A DNA stretch of 64,000 nt from Candidatus Latescibacterota bacterium (GTDB lineage: Bacteria > Latescibacterota > UBA2968 > UBA8231). Positions 10,419-19,434 of this stretch are shown piece after piece. Both the position numbers and the translations under genes were made by a program. A model generated the notes under the pieces. The model was not told where the DNA came from. It was given only the letters and a program-made list of their open reading frames with translations, and made no database searches. Numbering within the stretch: position 1 is the stretch's first letter; each line of letters opens with the position of its first letter. The stretch covers positions 1,088,001-1,152,000 of the forward strand of contig OZ242214.1 of assembly GCA_965206595.1 (NCBI GenBank), in the 5' to 3' direction.

Positions 10419-10447
10419 ATTATACACCTACGTAAAAAATGCGTCAA
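10419..10447 (-). promoter_or_regulatory. Near-consensus sigma70 promoter of the M23 peptidase gene
   Basis: TTGACG-N17-TATAAT in an AT-rich intergenic patch. Confidence 0.75.
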
Positions 10448-11614
10448 GAAATTCCACACCGTTCACCGGCGCAGCGAAGTTCTGCGGAACCCGCGACAAC
10501 TGCTGCCTCGACACTCTCGGAAGGCGCCGTAACCGACGCCCGCGTCGACCTCAAGGGGCTGACGCCGCAGGAGCTGGCCGCCCTGGTCGTCGAGTTGGGG
10601 CAGAAACCGTACCGGGGCCGGCAACTCTGGTCCTGGATCCACGAGCGCGGAGCCGCGGACTTCGACGCCATGACCGATCTGCCCCGAAACTTCAGGGAAC
10701 GGTTGGCGGAGCGCTCTGGCGTCGCCGGAATGCCCCAGCGAGAGCGCCTGCGGTCGCCGGCGGGAAAGGCGGTGAAATTTCTCTTCGAGGTGCCGGGCGG
10801 GGGACAGGTGGAAGCGGTCTACATCACCGACGGGGCACGGCGGACCGCCTGCCTGTCCTCCCAGGTCGGGTGCCCGCTGGACTGCCGCTTCTGCGCCACC
10901 GGGAAGATGGGTTTCCTGCGCAACCTCGGCGCCGCCCAGATCGTGGATCAGCTCCTTCAACTCCAGGATTACTCCAGGTCCCTCGGAGAAAGGGTGACCC
11001 ACATCGTGATGATGGGGATGGGGGAACCGCTGCTGAACTACGACCAGGTGGTGCGGGCGCTGCACATCATCCGCTCCCAGGAAGGGGGGATCGGCGGTCG
11101 CCGCATCACGGTCTCTACGGCGGGGTACGTTCCCGGGATTCGGCGGCTGGCGGACGAGGCTCTCAACGTCAGCCTGGCGATCTCCCTGAACGCCACCAGC
11201 GACGAAACCCGAACCCGCCTGATGCCGATCAACCGCAAGTTCCCGATCGCCGAGCTGCTCGATGCGGCGCGTCTCTTCTACCAGCGCCGCGGGCGCCGGG
11301 TGACTTTCGAGTACGTGCTGATGGCGGGGGTCACCGACAGCGATGGCGATGCCGTGCGCCTGGCCTCGCTGTCGCGGCAGCTGCCGTGCAAGATCAACCT
11401 CATTCCCTACAACGAGCTGAGCGGACTGCCCGCCGGGGAGGAGGTCTTCACACGCCCTTCCCGGCAGCGAGTCAGGCGCTTTACCGAGCTGGTCAGAGCC
11501 AACACCGAAACCGCGGTCACCGTCCGCGATAGCCGCGGCGGGGATATCGACGCTGCCTGCGGGCAGCTCTACCGGCGCCTCGAAAAGCGCGCTGACTCCC
11601 GCCGGTCCCGGTGA
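10439..11614 (+). CDS. rlmN: 23S rRNA A2503 C2-methyltransferase RlmN (true start probably about 90 nt downstream)
   Basis: SSQVGCPLDCRFC radical-SAM motif, MGMGEP, DIDAACGQL. Confidence 0.95.
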   Translation: MRQEIPHRSPAQRSSAEPATTAASTLSEGAVTDARVDLKGLTPQELAALVVELGQKPYRGRQLWSWIHERGAADFDAMTDLPRNFRERLAERSGVAGMPQRERLRSPAGKAVKFLFEVPGGGQVEAVYITDGARRTACLSSQVGCPLDCRFCATGKMGFLRNLGAAQIVDQLLQLQDYSRSLGERVTHIVMMGMGEPLLNYDQVVRALHIIRSQEGGIGGRRITVSTAGYVPGIRRLADEALNVSLAISLNATSDETRTRLMPINRKFPIAELLDAARLFYQRRGRRVTFEYVLMAGVTDSDGDAVRLASLSRQLPCKINLIPYNELSGLPAGEEVFTRPSRQRVRRFTELVRANTETAVTVRDSRGGDIDAACGQLYRRLEKRADSRRSR

Positions 11615-11644
11615 GAAGGACCGGCGGCTGCCGGTCCAAGGGAA

Positions 11645-12151
11645 GTGAGCTACAAAGGCCACCTGGTCGGAGGAGTTCTGGTGGCTACCGCGGTGGCGGC
11701 CGCTGCGGAAGTTAGCGGCGGGGGTCCCGGAACCACCTTGGCCCTCTTCGCCACGGCCTTGTTCTTTTCGCTGTTTCCGGATCTCGACACCTCGTCGCGC
11801 CCGCAGCGATGGTTCTTCAAGGTGGTCTTTGCCGCTTTGCTGTACCTCGCCTGGACAGGGGAGTATCGAACCGCTACCGCGGTGGCGGTGCTCGCGCTTC
11901 TGCCGGTCCTGGATCACCATCGCGGCTGGACCCATCATCGTCTGAGTCCGATCGCCGCGGCCGCGGTTGCCGCCGCAGGGTACGCCTGGTGGAAGCTGGA
12001 CGGGGCCGGTCCCGGGGAGTGGTTTGCGGTTCTTCGTGAGCTGCCGCAGGGACTGGAGGTGGGATTCGCCGGGGCGGCCCTCGCCGGCTGGTACACCCAC
12101 CTGTTTCTCGATGGACTGTTTCGGGTGTTTCCCCAGGAGAAGAATTCCTGA
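11645..12151 (+). CDS. Membrane-bound metal-dependent hydrolase (YdjM-like)
   Basis: GH, FPDLD, HRGWTH and HLFLD motifs with TM segments. Confidence 0.85.
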   Translation: MSYKGHLVGGVLVATAVAAAAEVSGGGPGTTLALFATALFFSLFPDLDTSSRPQRWFFKVVFAALLYLAWTGEYRTATAVAVLALLPVLDHHRGWTHHRLSPIAAAAVAAAGYAWWKLDGAGPGEWFAVLRELPQGLEVGFAGAALAGWYTHLFLDGLFRVFPQEKNS

Positions 12152-12246
12152 CTTCCTCCGGAATCGCGACGTCGCCTTGCAAGGCGAAGGGAGCGGTTCA
12201 GCCGACAGCCGCGGCGATTCGCTTTCGCAGGCGAGGCAGACCGCGG

Positions 12247-12630
12247 TCATTCCGGAGGAACTTCCTCCCTCTCCGTGTCCTCTTTCCGGGCCTTGCGGTC
12301 GACGAACGACTTGATCTTCGACACCGCCTCCGGCATCAGACCGAGGATCTGGCTCCAGGAGACATCCTTGTCGGAAAGGGTGAGGATCTGGGCCTTGCCG
12401 TCCCGGTCGATGACGACGAAGGCAATCGGCTCGACGGTGGCGCCGCCGCCGGTGCCGCTCTGTCCCTTGCCGTGCTGCCCGCCCCCGGCTCCGAAGCCGA
12501 AGGTGATCTTGCTCACGGGAATGAGCGTCAGGTCGCCGGCCTCTACCGGCTCCCCGATGACGGTTTTGGTCTGCACTATCCGGTGCAGCTCTCCCATCAC
12601 CCGCTCGATCAGACCTTCTATGGAAGTCAC
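12247..12630 (-). CDS. GerW/YtfJ-family protein
   Basis: TVIGEP, IPVSKITFGFGAGGG, GGGATVEPIAFVVI. Confidence 0.9.
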   Translation of the reverse strand: MTSIEGLIERVMGELHRIVQTKTVIGEPVEAGDLTLIPVSKITFGFGAGGGQHGKGQSGTGGGATVEPIAFVVIDRDGKAQILTLSDKDVSWSQILGLMPEAVSKIKSFVDRKARKEDTEREEVPPE

Positions 12631-12658
12631 TGGCGTTTTTCCCGGTTATCGGTTGCCT

Positions 12659-13388
12659 TCATGAAGCTCTCCAGTCCGGCCTGAATGGAACCCATCGAGC
12701 CGACCGCAAGCAGTCGGAGAGCCGTCTGCCTCCCATCTCCAGCCCAAACCGTAGACCGGAAGCGGCCAGACGCATCAGGGACAGATGCAGGCAGATCTCC
12801 AAGCGGCCGCAGAACACTTGCTCGCGGAAATCGGGTTCGAGTTGGATCTGCAGCTGTTTTCGCCGCTGCGGCAGGGCTGCTTCCAGGCTCTGGACGACAC
12901 CGTACAGATATCCGGTCTTCGCCGGATCACCCAGTCCGACGCGGCCGTCGACGCGGAGTCGGCGCAGGTTGATGCAGCGCGGCAGCGCCCGCAGCATCCG
13001 CAACCCCGGACGGATGGCGACCCGCCGCAGACGCCTCGGTTGCGTCCGCCTTCTTCGCCGGGCTGTCCGGTCCGGCCCCTCTCCTGCCGTCTCCGCGGCT
13101 CCCTGTCGCTGCTGTTCGGGAACCGGTTCCTCCCGGCCTCCGGCTCCGCCTCGGTACCTCAGGGGAAAGGCCAAGCCTCCCAGGGAGCGCCGGGCAAGGG
13201 TCGGACCCCATCTCCAGGCGTCAGGACCAGTGAAGGCGACCCCCACGAGCCCGGCGAGCAGCGATGCCTCGGCACGTATCGCCACGGCACTCCCGGGCAG
13301 AGGCCGGTCGATCCGCATGCGCAACGCGACCGGGAGGGCAACCAGCGCCAGCGCGGCGCCAGACAGGTACAGGAAAATTTCGAACATG
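12659..13388 (-). CDS. DUF2953/YtfI-like membrane-anchored protein
   Basis: N-terminal TM, GLGDPAKTGYLYG motif, immediately upstream of the ytfJ-like gene. Confidence 0.7.
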
Positions 13389-13501
13389 CGAATCCTGTCG
13401 ACCACTGTTGCAGCGGTCGATCCGGGGAAACATGAAACCCAAGTCCGGGAGCGTCAAGAAACGCCGGCTCCGCTGCATCCTGCCCAGGGACGCCGGACAG
13501 C

Positions 13502-13531
13502 TTGACAGCCCGGGCTTTCGCCCGTTAAGGT
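13502..13531 (+). promoter_or_regulatory. Putative sigma70 promoter
   Basis: TTGACA-N18-TAAGGT upstream of the 13589 ORF. Confidence 0.45.
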
Positions 13532-13588
13532 TGAAGTGACGCAAGTGCAGTTAACAAAACAACTTGAGCAAATTTCCTGAAAGCGCTT

Positions 13589-15346
13589 ATGGCACTGTCC
13601 AAAGGGGGAGCGGGGCTTCCGGTTGCCCTCCTGATCTGCTGGCTGGGGGCGGCTGAAGCCCGCACCACCTTTTCGGTCCGGGCGGACCACGCCGCGGTTG
13701 CCGGACCCGGCCTGGAACACGTCCTCACGCTTTCCCTCAGCTACTTTCCCGGCGACGGCGAGGCAGTCCTGCTGACGGAGATCGACTTCGATCCGGGGCT
13801 GCTGGCGGTGGCGGGTGCAACTTCGACCGCCGGCGCCGCCACTCTGCATTCGGGCCGGATCGAGATAGACTACGGCAGTGAACCCCTTGCGGAGGTGGCA
13901 GAGGACACCCTCCGGATCACCGCCACTCCCGAGACGTCGCTTGTTCTTGACATGCGAACCTACTCGTCGTTGGAGGGGGAGGCTGTCCCGGCGCACGCAA
14001 TCGTATTCCCTCTCGAGGTGCGATCCCCCGTTCCCGTCGCTGTCTCCGTCCGGCCGACCGCGGTGTACCCCGGAATACCGTTCGAGCTGGCCATCAGCAT
14101 TCGCAACCTCGATACGGAAGGGCGTCCCCTCGAGTCGTTGGTATGGGAGTGGCCCGAGGTGGTGCAGGTGGGCGAGGGTGCGGCGGAAGGGGATCTCGAG
14201 ACCCTCGTGGAGGCTGGGGACAGCGTTGCCGTTACCTGCGATCTGCAGGTGCGTCGCGGAGCCGCGGGAACCGTTGCTCTGAAAGGGATTGCAGTTTCCA
14301 AAGCTGTCTACGGGTCGCCGCTGCCCGCGGTCTACCTCGACCTTCTTCCCGTGCCCCAGGCCTCGGCAGCTTTTTCCGGAGGCCGTGCCGTCAAAGGCAG
14401 CACCAGCGAGCTGCAGTTCACTTGGCGCAATGACTCGCAGACCTCGATCCCGGTGAGGGAGTTGCGCGCCCAGATACCGGACAGTTTTCGTGAAATCGCC
14501 ATCATGGACGCCTCTCCTGCCTCGGCGCGAGTGGAAGTGGAATCCACCCCCTCCGAAGAAGGTACTCCCCCTGGCTGGCCATCCGCCTGGTGGCACCTGG
14601 TCGTCCGTCCCGAATCCGAAGAGCTGCGCCCCGGGGGACAGGTCGAGGTCTCCCTGGGGCTGCGGCCGGCTCGCTCCGGTCTGTTCGGATGCGAGAGCGC
14701 ATTCTACCCCGAAGCCGGAGGGGATCCGGTTCCTCTGTCCGGCGACGTCGTGGTGAGTGTTGTCGAGGAGGACCCGCAGATCGGGGGAGAAACCGGGGGT
14801 GCGGTGGCTGAAATCAGGACCGACCTCGAGGCGGTCCAGGCAGCTCTCCAAGGGGGAATCCGCAAAGAGCTCGCCGATCTTCCCCTGGGCACGGGTTCCC
14901 GGATCGAGCTCGAGGCCTCGGAGGAAGACGACAGGAACTGGATTGCTGAGGACATCCTGACCGCGGAGCTGATCAGGAGAGGATACCGCGTGGCCGTGAA
15001 ATTTCCGGATTCGGGTGGGGACACAGGGGCCGCCCTCAGCTACCGGGTCGCCGATGCCCGCGTGGTGTACTCGCCGCAGAAGGGCTGGAATCCGATGGCG
15101 GCAAAGCGCCGCCGGGAGGCGATCGGCGACCTGTTTCTCTCTTTCGAGAATGCCGACCGCGAGCTGTCCTGGATCAGAAGAATCCGGGGATACGGTGTCG
15201 AAACGGTTTCCTCGGAGGGGAACCAATGGCTGGGCGGTTCGGAAACCGTGGACCGGGTCTCCGTGGATCCAGGGAACAAGGCGGTCGAGATCGGGCTCTC
15301 GGGCATGATCGTCGGCGGGCTCTTCTTTGTCTTCTTCGCCCCTTGA
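13589..15346 (+). CDS. Hypothetical exported protein with beta-sandwich-like regions and a C-terminal membrane anchor
   Basis: Signal peptide (AEA cleavage site), 585 aa, acidic and beta-rich, ends IGLSGMIVGGLFFVFFAP. Confidence 0.7.
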   Translation: MALSKGGAGLPVALLICWLGAAEARTTFSVRADHAAVAGPGLEHVLTLSLSYFPGDGEAVLLTEIDFDPGLLAVAGATSTAGAATLHSGRIEIDYGSEPLAEVAEDTLRITATPETSLVLDMRTYSSLEGEAVPAHAIVFPLEVRSPVPVAVSVRPTAVYPGIPFELAISIRNLDTEGRPLESLVWEWPEVVQVGEGAAEGDLETLVEAGDSVAVTCDLQVRRGAAGTVALKGIAVSKAVYGSPLPAVYLDLLPVPQASAAFSGGRAVKGSTSELQFTWRNDSQTSIPVRELRAQIPDSFREIAIMDASPASARVEVESTPSEEGTPPGWPSAWWHLVVRPESEELRPGGQVEVSLGLRPARSGLFGCESAFYPEAGGDPVPLSGDVVVSVVEEDPQIGGETGGAVAEIRTDLEAVQAALQGGIRKELADLPLGTGSRIELEASEEDDRNWIAEDILTAELIRRGYRVAVKFPDSGGDTGAALSYRVADARVVYSPQKGWNPMAAKRRREAIGDLFLSFENADRELSWIRRIRGYGVETVSSEGNQWLGGSETVDRVSVDPGNKAVEIGLSGMIVGGLFFVFFAP

Positions 15347-15414
15347 ACCGCTGCCTCGGGGGGGGTCGATCGCTCTCGCTCTTCTTACGCCGATCTGCCT
15401 CGATCGGGGTTTGT

Positions 15415-16191
15415 TCAGGCTTCCGCCTTCTTCTCGAAGAGCCACATGCCGAACCCCATGGAAGCGAGCCCGACGGCGACCGAGTACGCGGCGATCATGA
15501 AATTGACCTCGACGGAATCCAGACCCACGGCCAGGGGGATGCCGTAGGCGGAGTCGATCCGCAGCGACAGCTCGTAGGTGCCGAGGACCGCCGGAAGGGC
15601 GAGCACCCCAGGCAGGGTGCGGAGATACCAGTACAGCACGAAGATGGTGAAGGCCGCGGACGCCAGTCCGGAAAAGCGCCGCACCACCAGCCTGAGGCCT
15701 GCGATACCGCCGGCTATGCCCAGCATGACCCCCATGGCGGACAGGTAGATGACGCCGTTGAGTACCAGGACGTCCAGGGCCGGGAAGAGGGGGATTCGTA
15801 CCTCCGCTACCCGGTCGGCGAGGCCGCGCAATTCGCCGAGAACGGCGAAGAGACCGGCGCTGCTCATGGCGAACAGGATTATGCCTAGAGTCGCCACCGC
15901 CGCGGCCTTGGCGGCGAATATCCGGGCCCGGGATACCGGCAGGGAGAGGAGCAGGTAATGGGTCTGTCCTTTCACTTCCTGGGTGAACGAGTGACTGAGC
16001 GCGAAAGGCAGGACCAGCAGCCACGCGTAGGGGACGAAGCTCCACAGGACGTGGATGGAGGGGAGGACCTGGGCATCGTCGAAAGACAGAACCGCAATGA
16101 TCTCCAGGAAGGCGGTCACCAGCGGCAGCAGGATGAACAGGGTGCGGTGCTCCTTGATCTCTTTCAGGTACAGGCTCTTCCAGGTATTCAC
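15415..16191 (-). CDS. ABC-2 type permease (Ytr-like)
   Basis: Six TM segments, LLLSLPVSRARIFAAK motif; GTGA overlap with the ATPase gene. Confidence 0.8.
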   Translation of the reverse strand: MNTWKSLYLKEIKEHRTLFILLPLVTAFLEIIAVLSFDDAQVLPSIHVLWSFVPYAWLLVLPFALSHSFTQEVKGQTHYLLLSLPVSRARIFAAKAAAVATLGIILFAMSSAGLFAVLGELRGLADRVAEVRIPLFPALDVLVLNGVIYLSAMGVMLGIAGGIAGLRLVVRRFSGLASAAFTIFVLYWYLRTLPGVLALPAVLGTYELSLRIDSAYGIPLAVGLDSVEVNFMIAAYSVAVGLASMGFGMWLFEKKAEA

Positions 16192-16848
16192 GCTACCACC
16201 TCCTCGAAAATGTCACCGAGGGACATGCCGCGATTTTCCCTCAGCTCTTCGACGTCGCCGATGACCGCAATCTCGCCATGCCGCAGGAAGGCTACTTCCT
16301 CGATCAACTCTTCCACTTCGCCGACGAGATGGGTCGAGATCAGGATCGTCTGCTCTCCGAAGCGGAACTCACTGAGCAAGGTTTCCAGGATGCGCCGGCG
16401 CGAACGGCGGGTCGATGCGCCCCAGCGGCTCGTCCATCAGAACCAGCTCACTCGGCCAGGAGAAGGCGGCCGCCACCTTGAGCCGCGCCCGCTGGCCGTC
16501 GACGTTCATGATGGCGAGAAGCCGGCGCGACTTCTCCATGTCCCACCCCGGGAAGAAGGCGGCCAGGAACTCGAACTGCTCGATTACGCCCATCCAGTCG
16601 TAAAAGGGACTGACCTCGGGCAGGTAGGCGGTTATGCGGCGGGTTTCGACCCCCACCGGGAGTCCGGAGATGCGGGCGCTGCCTTCGCTGGCACGGGCGA
16701 CCCCGGCCAGGATCTTGAAGAGCGTGATCTTGCCGCTCCCGTTTTCTCCGAGGATGCCCATCACCCGTCCGCGTGCGACGGTCAGAGAGATGCCCCCGAG
16801 GGCGGTTACACCGGGATATCGCTTCCACAGGTTCTTCACTTCTATCAT
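16188..16848 (-). pseudogene. Disrupted ABC transporter ATP-binding protein (YtrB-like)
   Basis: Walker A reads GSGKI; signature region missing at 16497/16498 (MNVD|GQRARL); +1 frameshift near 16403 separates the H-loop part (ISTHLV) into another frame. Confidence 0.85.
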
Positions 16849-17216
16849 CGGCTTGCCTCCGTTAGGATTTCGCCAACCAGGTCCTCGATCTGGGCTCGTG
16901 AGAGGGCCAGGCCGCGGACCTCCGAGACGAAGCGGTCCCGCGCCTTCCGGGCCAGGGTGCTGCGCTCGCTGTCGATCCGTTCGGTGCTTTCGGTTAGCGA
17001 AGATCCATGGCCGCGTCGCGTCGTTATGAACCCCTCGCGCTCCAGCTCCATGTAGGCCCTGGACATGGTGTTGGGATTTACCCCCATTTCAGCTGCCATC
17101 TCCCGCACCGACGGCAAACGGTCCCCGGCCCTATAGACTCCCTGAGCGGTGCGCTTTTTCACCGCCTCGATGATCTGCAGGTAGATGGGCCGGGTAGGAT
17201 CAAAGTCGGGAACCAT
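16845..17216 (-). CDS. GntR-family regulator, YtrA subfamily
   Basis: PIYLQI, LPSVREMA, VNPNTMSRAY; 123 aa; upstream of ABC genes. Confidence 0.93.
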   Translation of the reverse strand: MVPDFDPTRPIYLQIIEAVKKRTAQGVYRAGDRLPSVREMAAEMGVNPNTMSRAYMELEREGFITTRRGHGSSLTESTERIDSERSTLARKARDRFVSEVRGLALSRAQIEDLVGEILTEASR

Positions 17217-17349
17217 CTATTCGCACCATTCCGATGTCTCTCTCAATCTCGACCTCCATTCGAAGGTAGATCCCGTTTCGCCGCGGGGGTGCTGTGCCGA
17301 TCTGATTGCGGGAGGAAACGAATGGGACCACATCGTATCCTATTGGCAT

Positions 17350-17392
17350 AGTGTTCTATTTGTATAGTACAACAATATTGTAGACAGGTCAA
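17350..17392 (-). promoter_or_regulatory. sigma70 promoter with an overlapping YtrA-type operator
   Basis: TTGACC-N17-TACTAT; inverted repeat TGTTCTAT-N4-ATAGTACA (17352-17371) covers the -10 box. Confidence 0.75.
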
Positions 17393-17493
17393 GTTTTTAT
17401 GGTGTCATTGCCCGAATCGGATGCCGGCAAGACCGCGTTGCAGTACTCTTACGGCAAAACTCGCAGTTATGGCAGTTATGGTGGAGGAGAAAG

Positions 17494-18651
17494 ATGCGGA
17501 TTCGAGTGATGTACCTGATACTCGCAGGGCTGATGAGCGCCGTCCCGGTCCGGGCGGATCATCTCACCTTCTACGACCCCACCCTTCCCGGAAGGTCGCC
17601 CGCCTTAGGAAACGAAGACGCCCCGGTTTTCGACGCCGGCATTTCGCCGGTCCGGGGAGAGGTGCCGGCTGCGGATCCTTCAGGCGCTCCGCGAGAGGGG
17701 GCGTTCGTCCGGAATTCCGGCTCGGATTTGGCGAGCCCGCCGCGGGGAAGGGCCGCCGCCGCGACCGTTCGCGTCGTCTGGCAGGAGGAGGGCCGGGGCG
17801 GGACAGCCGCCGCCACGGAGGAGGACACGGATGCACTCAGCGAAATGCTGCGCTCCGAAGAGCTGAGCCTGGGCCTGATTTTGGGGGCGCTGGCTCTGTC
17901 CCTCTTTCTCGGGGCCGCCCACGGCCTTGAGCCGGGCCACGGCAAGACCGTGGTAGCTGCCTATCTGGTCGGCTCGCGGGGTACCGTGGGCAACGCCATG
18001 TTTCTGGGCGGAGTTGTCACCTTCACGCACACCTTCAGTGTGATCATGCTGGGCTTGGTGGCGCTCTTCGCCACCCAGTACGTCCAACCGGAGCAGATCT
18101 TCCCCTGGCTCGGCACCGCCTCCGGAGTTCTGATCATGGCTCTCGGCATATGGCTCCTCGCCGGTCATCTGAGGAAGCTGGACACCCGCGGTCACCACCA
18201 TCACGACCACCACGGTGATCATGACCACCATCACGACCACAGCCACCATGACCACGGCCATGAAGGGGAGGATCACCACCATGGGCATGGCCATTCCCAC
18301 AGCCACGAGATTCCCGAAAAGGTGACCCTGGGAAGTCTCCTGGCCCTCGGGATTTCCGGCGGCATCGTCCCGTGTCATGGGGCGTTGGTGATCCTGTTGC
18401 TGGCGGTGGCCCTGCATCGCATCGCCTTCGGTCTGCTGCTGCTGCTCGCCTTCAGCGTCGGGCTGGCCGCGGTCCTGATCGCCATCGGCGTGCTCATGGT
18501 CAAGGCGCGTCCGCTCGTCGACCGTTTTTCCGGGGACAGCAAGTGGATACAACGCCTGCCGGCCGTCAGCTCGGTCATCATCATCGCCGTGGGCCTGGGG
18601 ATAACTGTCAGAACCCTCATTGGCACGGGGGTCGTCAGCGTCCACCTGTAA
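17494..18651 (+). CDS. RcnA-type nickel/cobalt transporter (NiCoT superfamily) with an N-terminal exported extension
   Basis: GAAHGLEPGHGKTVVAAY, His-rich loop, GISGGIVPC. Confidence 0.9.
   Translation: MRIRVMYLILAGLMSAVPVRADHLTFYDPTLPGRSPALGNEDAPVFDAGISPVRGEVPAADPSGAPREGAFVRNSGSDLASPPRGRAAAATVRVVWQEEGRGGTAAATEEDTDALSEMLRSEELSLGLILGALALSLFLGAAHGLEPGHGKTVVAAYLVGSRGTVGNAMFLGGVVTFTHTFSVIMLGLVALFATQYVQPEQIFPWLGTASGVLIMALGIWLLAGHLRKLDTRGHHHHDHHGDHDHHHDHSHHDHGHEGEDHHHGHGHSHSHEIPEKVTLGSLLALGISGGIVPCHGALVILLLAVALHRIAFGLLLLLAFSVGLAAVLIAIGVLMVKARPLVDRFSGDSKWIQRLPAVSSVIIIAVGLGITVRTLIGTGVVSVHL
18194..18306 (+). repeat. Low-complexity CAC/CAT/GAC tract encoding the His-rich metal-binding loop
   Basis: Encodes HHHHDHHGDHDHHHDHSHHDHGHEGEDHHHGHGHSHSH. 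Confidence 0.85.
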
Positions 18652-18858
18652 TCGGCACCAGGCAGCCGCAGGCGGTCGCCAGGAAACCGCCCGGGGAACA
18701 CCTGTTCGGTCGCGAAGTCCGCAAGTCCAGTCAGGCGCAGTAGATCACCGGGTCTGTTTACTGCCGGACAGGCAGGCCGCCGCCCCGAAGTTTCCGGTGA
18801 AGGCCTTGCCGGCGGGATGGCCACAGGTGCAGTCAGGGCCGGTGAATCGCAGGTCGTT

Positions 18859-19428
18859 TCACCGGACATGGGCGGATCGTCCTCCGCCCGCCGGGTTCCA
18901 TCCGCGCGGCAGGACGATGAGCCGCATCCCGGGCCGGGCGGCGTTGTAGAGTGCGCGGATGTCCCCTTCGTTCAGTCGCACGCTCGGCGCCCGGACCACC
19001 CCCCATTCCGGGGCTGCGTAAATCAGCATTTGACCCGTAAGCCAGAGCGCGCAGTCTCTGTCGCCGTCCTCGGCGAGGTAATCCTCCCAATCGAATGACG
19101 ACTGCGAGTGCCCCGGGCGCCCGCTGCCTCCCGGGGCCCGCCAGTAACGTCGGATCTTCCCCAGCACTTCCCGTTCGCCGCCGCCGCCGGTGAGGGAGTC
19201 GAGGACAGCCGGGCAGCGGCGCAGCAGGGCCTTCTGCTGCATCAATCGCACCTCCGCCGCCTCGTAATCGAGCAGGAGATAGGGCTCGCTGGCATCGATC
19301 GCCTGCACCCAGGCCTGCAGGGCGCGGTTGATCGATTCGAGTTCCGCGATTTGTGTGGGGGTTTGTGAGGCTGGCAACGGCGGCACCGTTGCGGAAGCGA
19401 TTGCCGCAGACAACAGAAAGCCCCTCAT
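18859..19428 (-). CDS. Exported L,D-transpeptidase-like protein lacking the catalytic His and Cys
   Basis: Aligns by eye to the 21375 LDT: PYLLLD/PYLVVD, MLIYA/YMIHG, APSVRL/HGCVRV, PGMRLIV/LGTPVFI. Confidence 0.65.
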   Translation of the reverse strand: MRGFLLSAAIASATVPPLPASQTPTQIAELESINRALQAWVQAIDASEPYLLLDYEAAEVRLMQQKALLRRCPAVLDSLTGGGGEREVLGKIRRYWRAPGGSGRPGHSQSSFDWEDYLAEDGDRDCALWLTGQMLIYAAPEWGVVRAPSVRLNEGDIRALYNAARPGMRLIVLPRGWNPAGGGRSAHVR

Positions 19429-19434
19429 GCGAAA

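Noticed and set aside
18194-18306. Repeat-like tract considered as a tandem array or CRISPR
   Set aside because: It is an in-frame His/Asp codon run in a metal transporter, with no repeat-spacer structure
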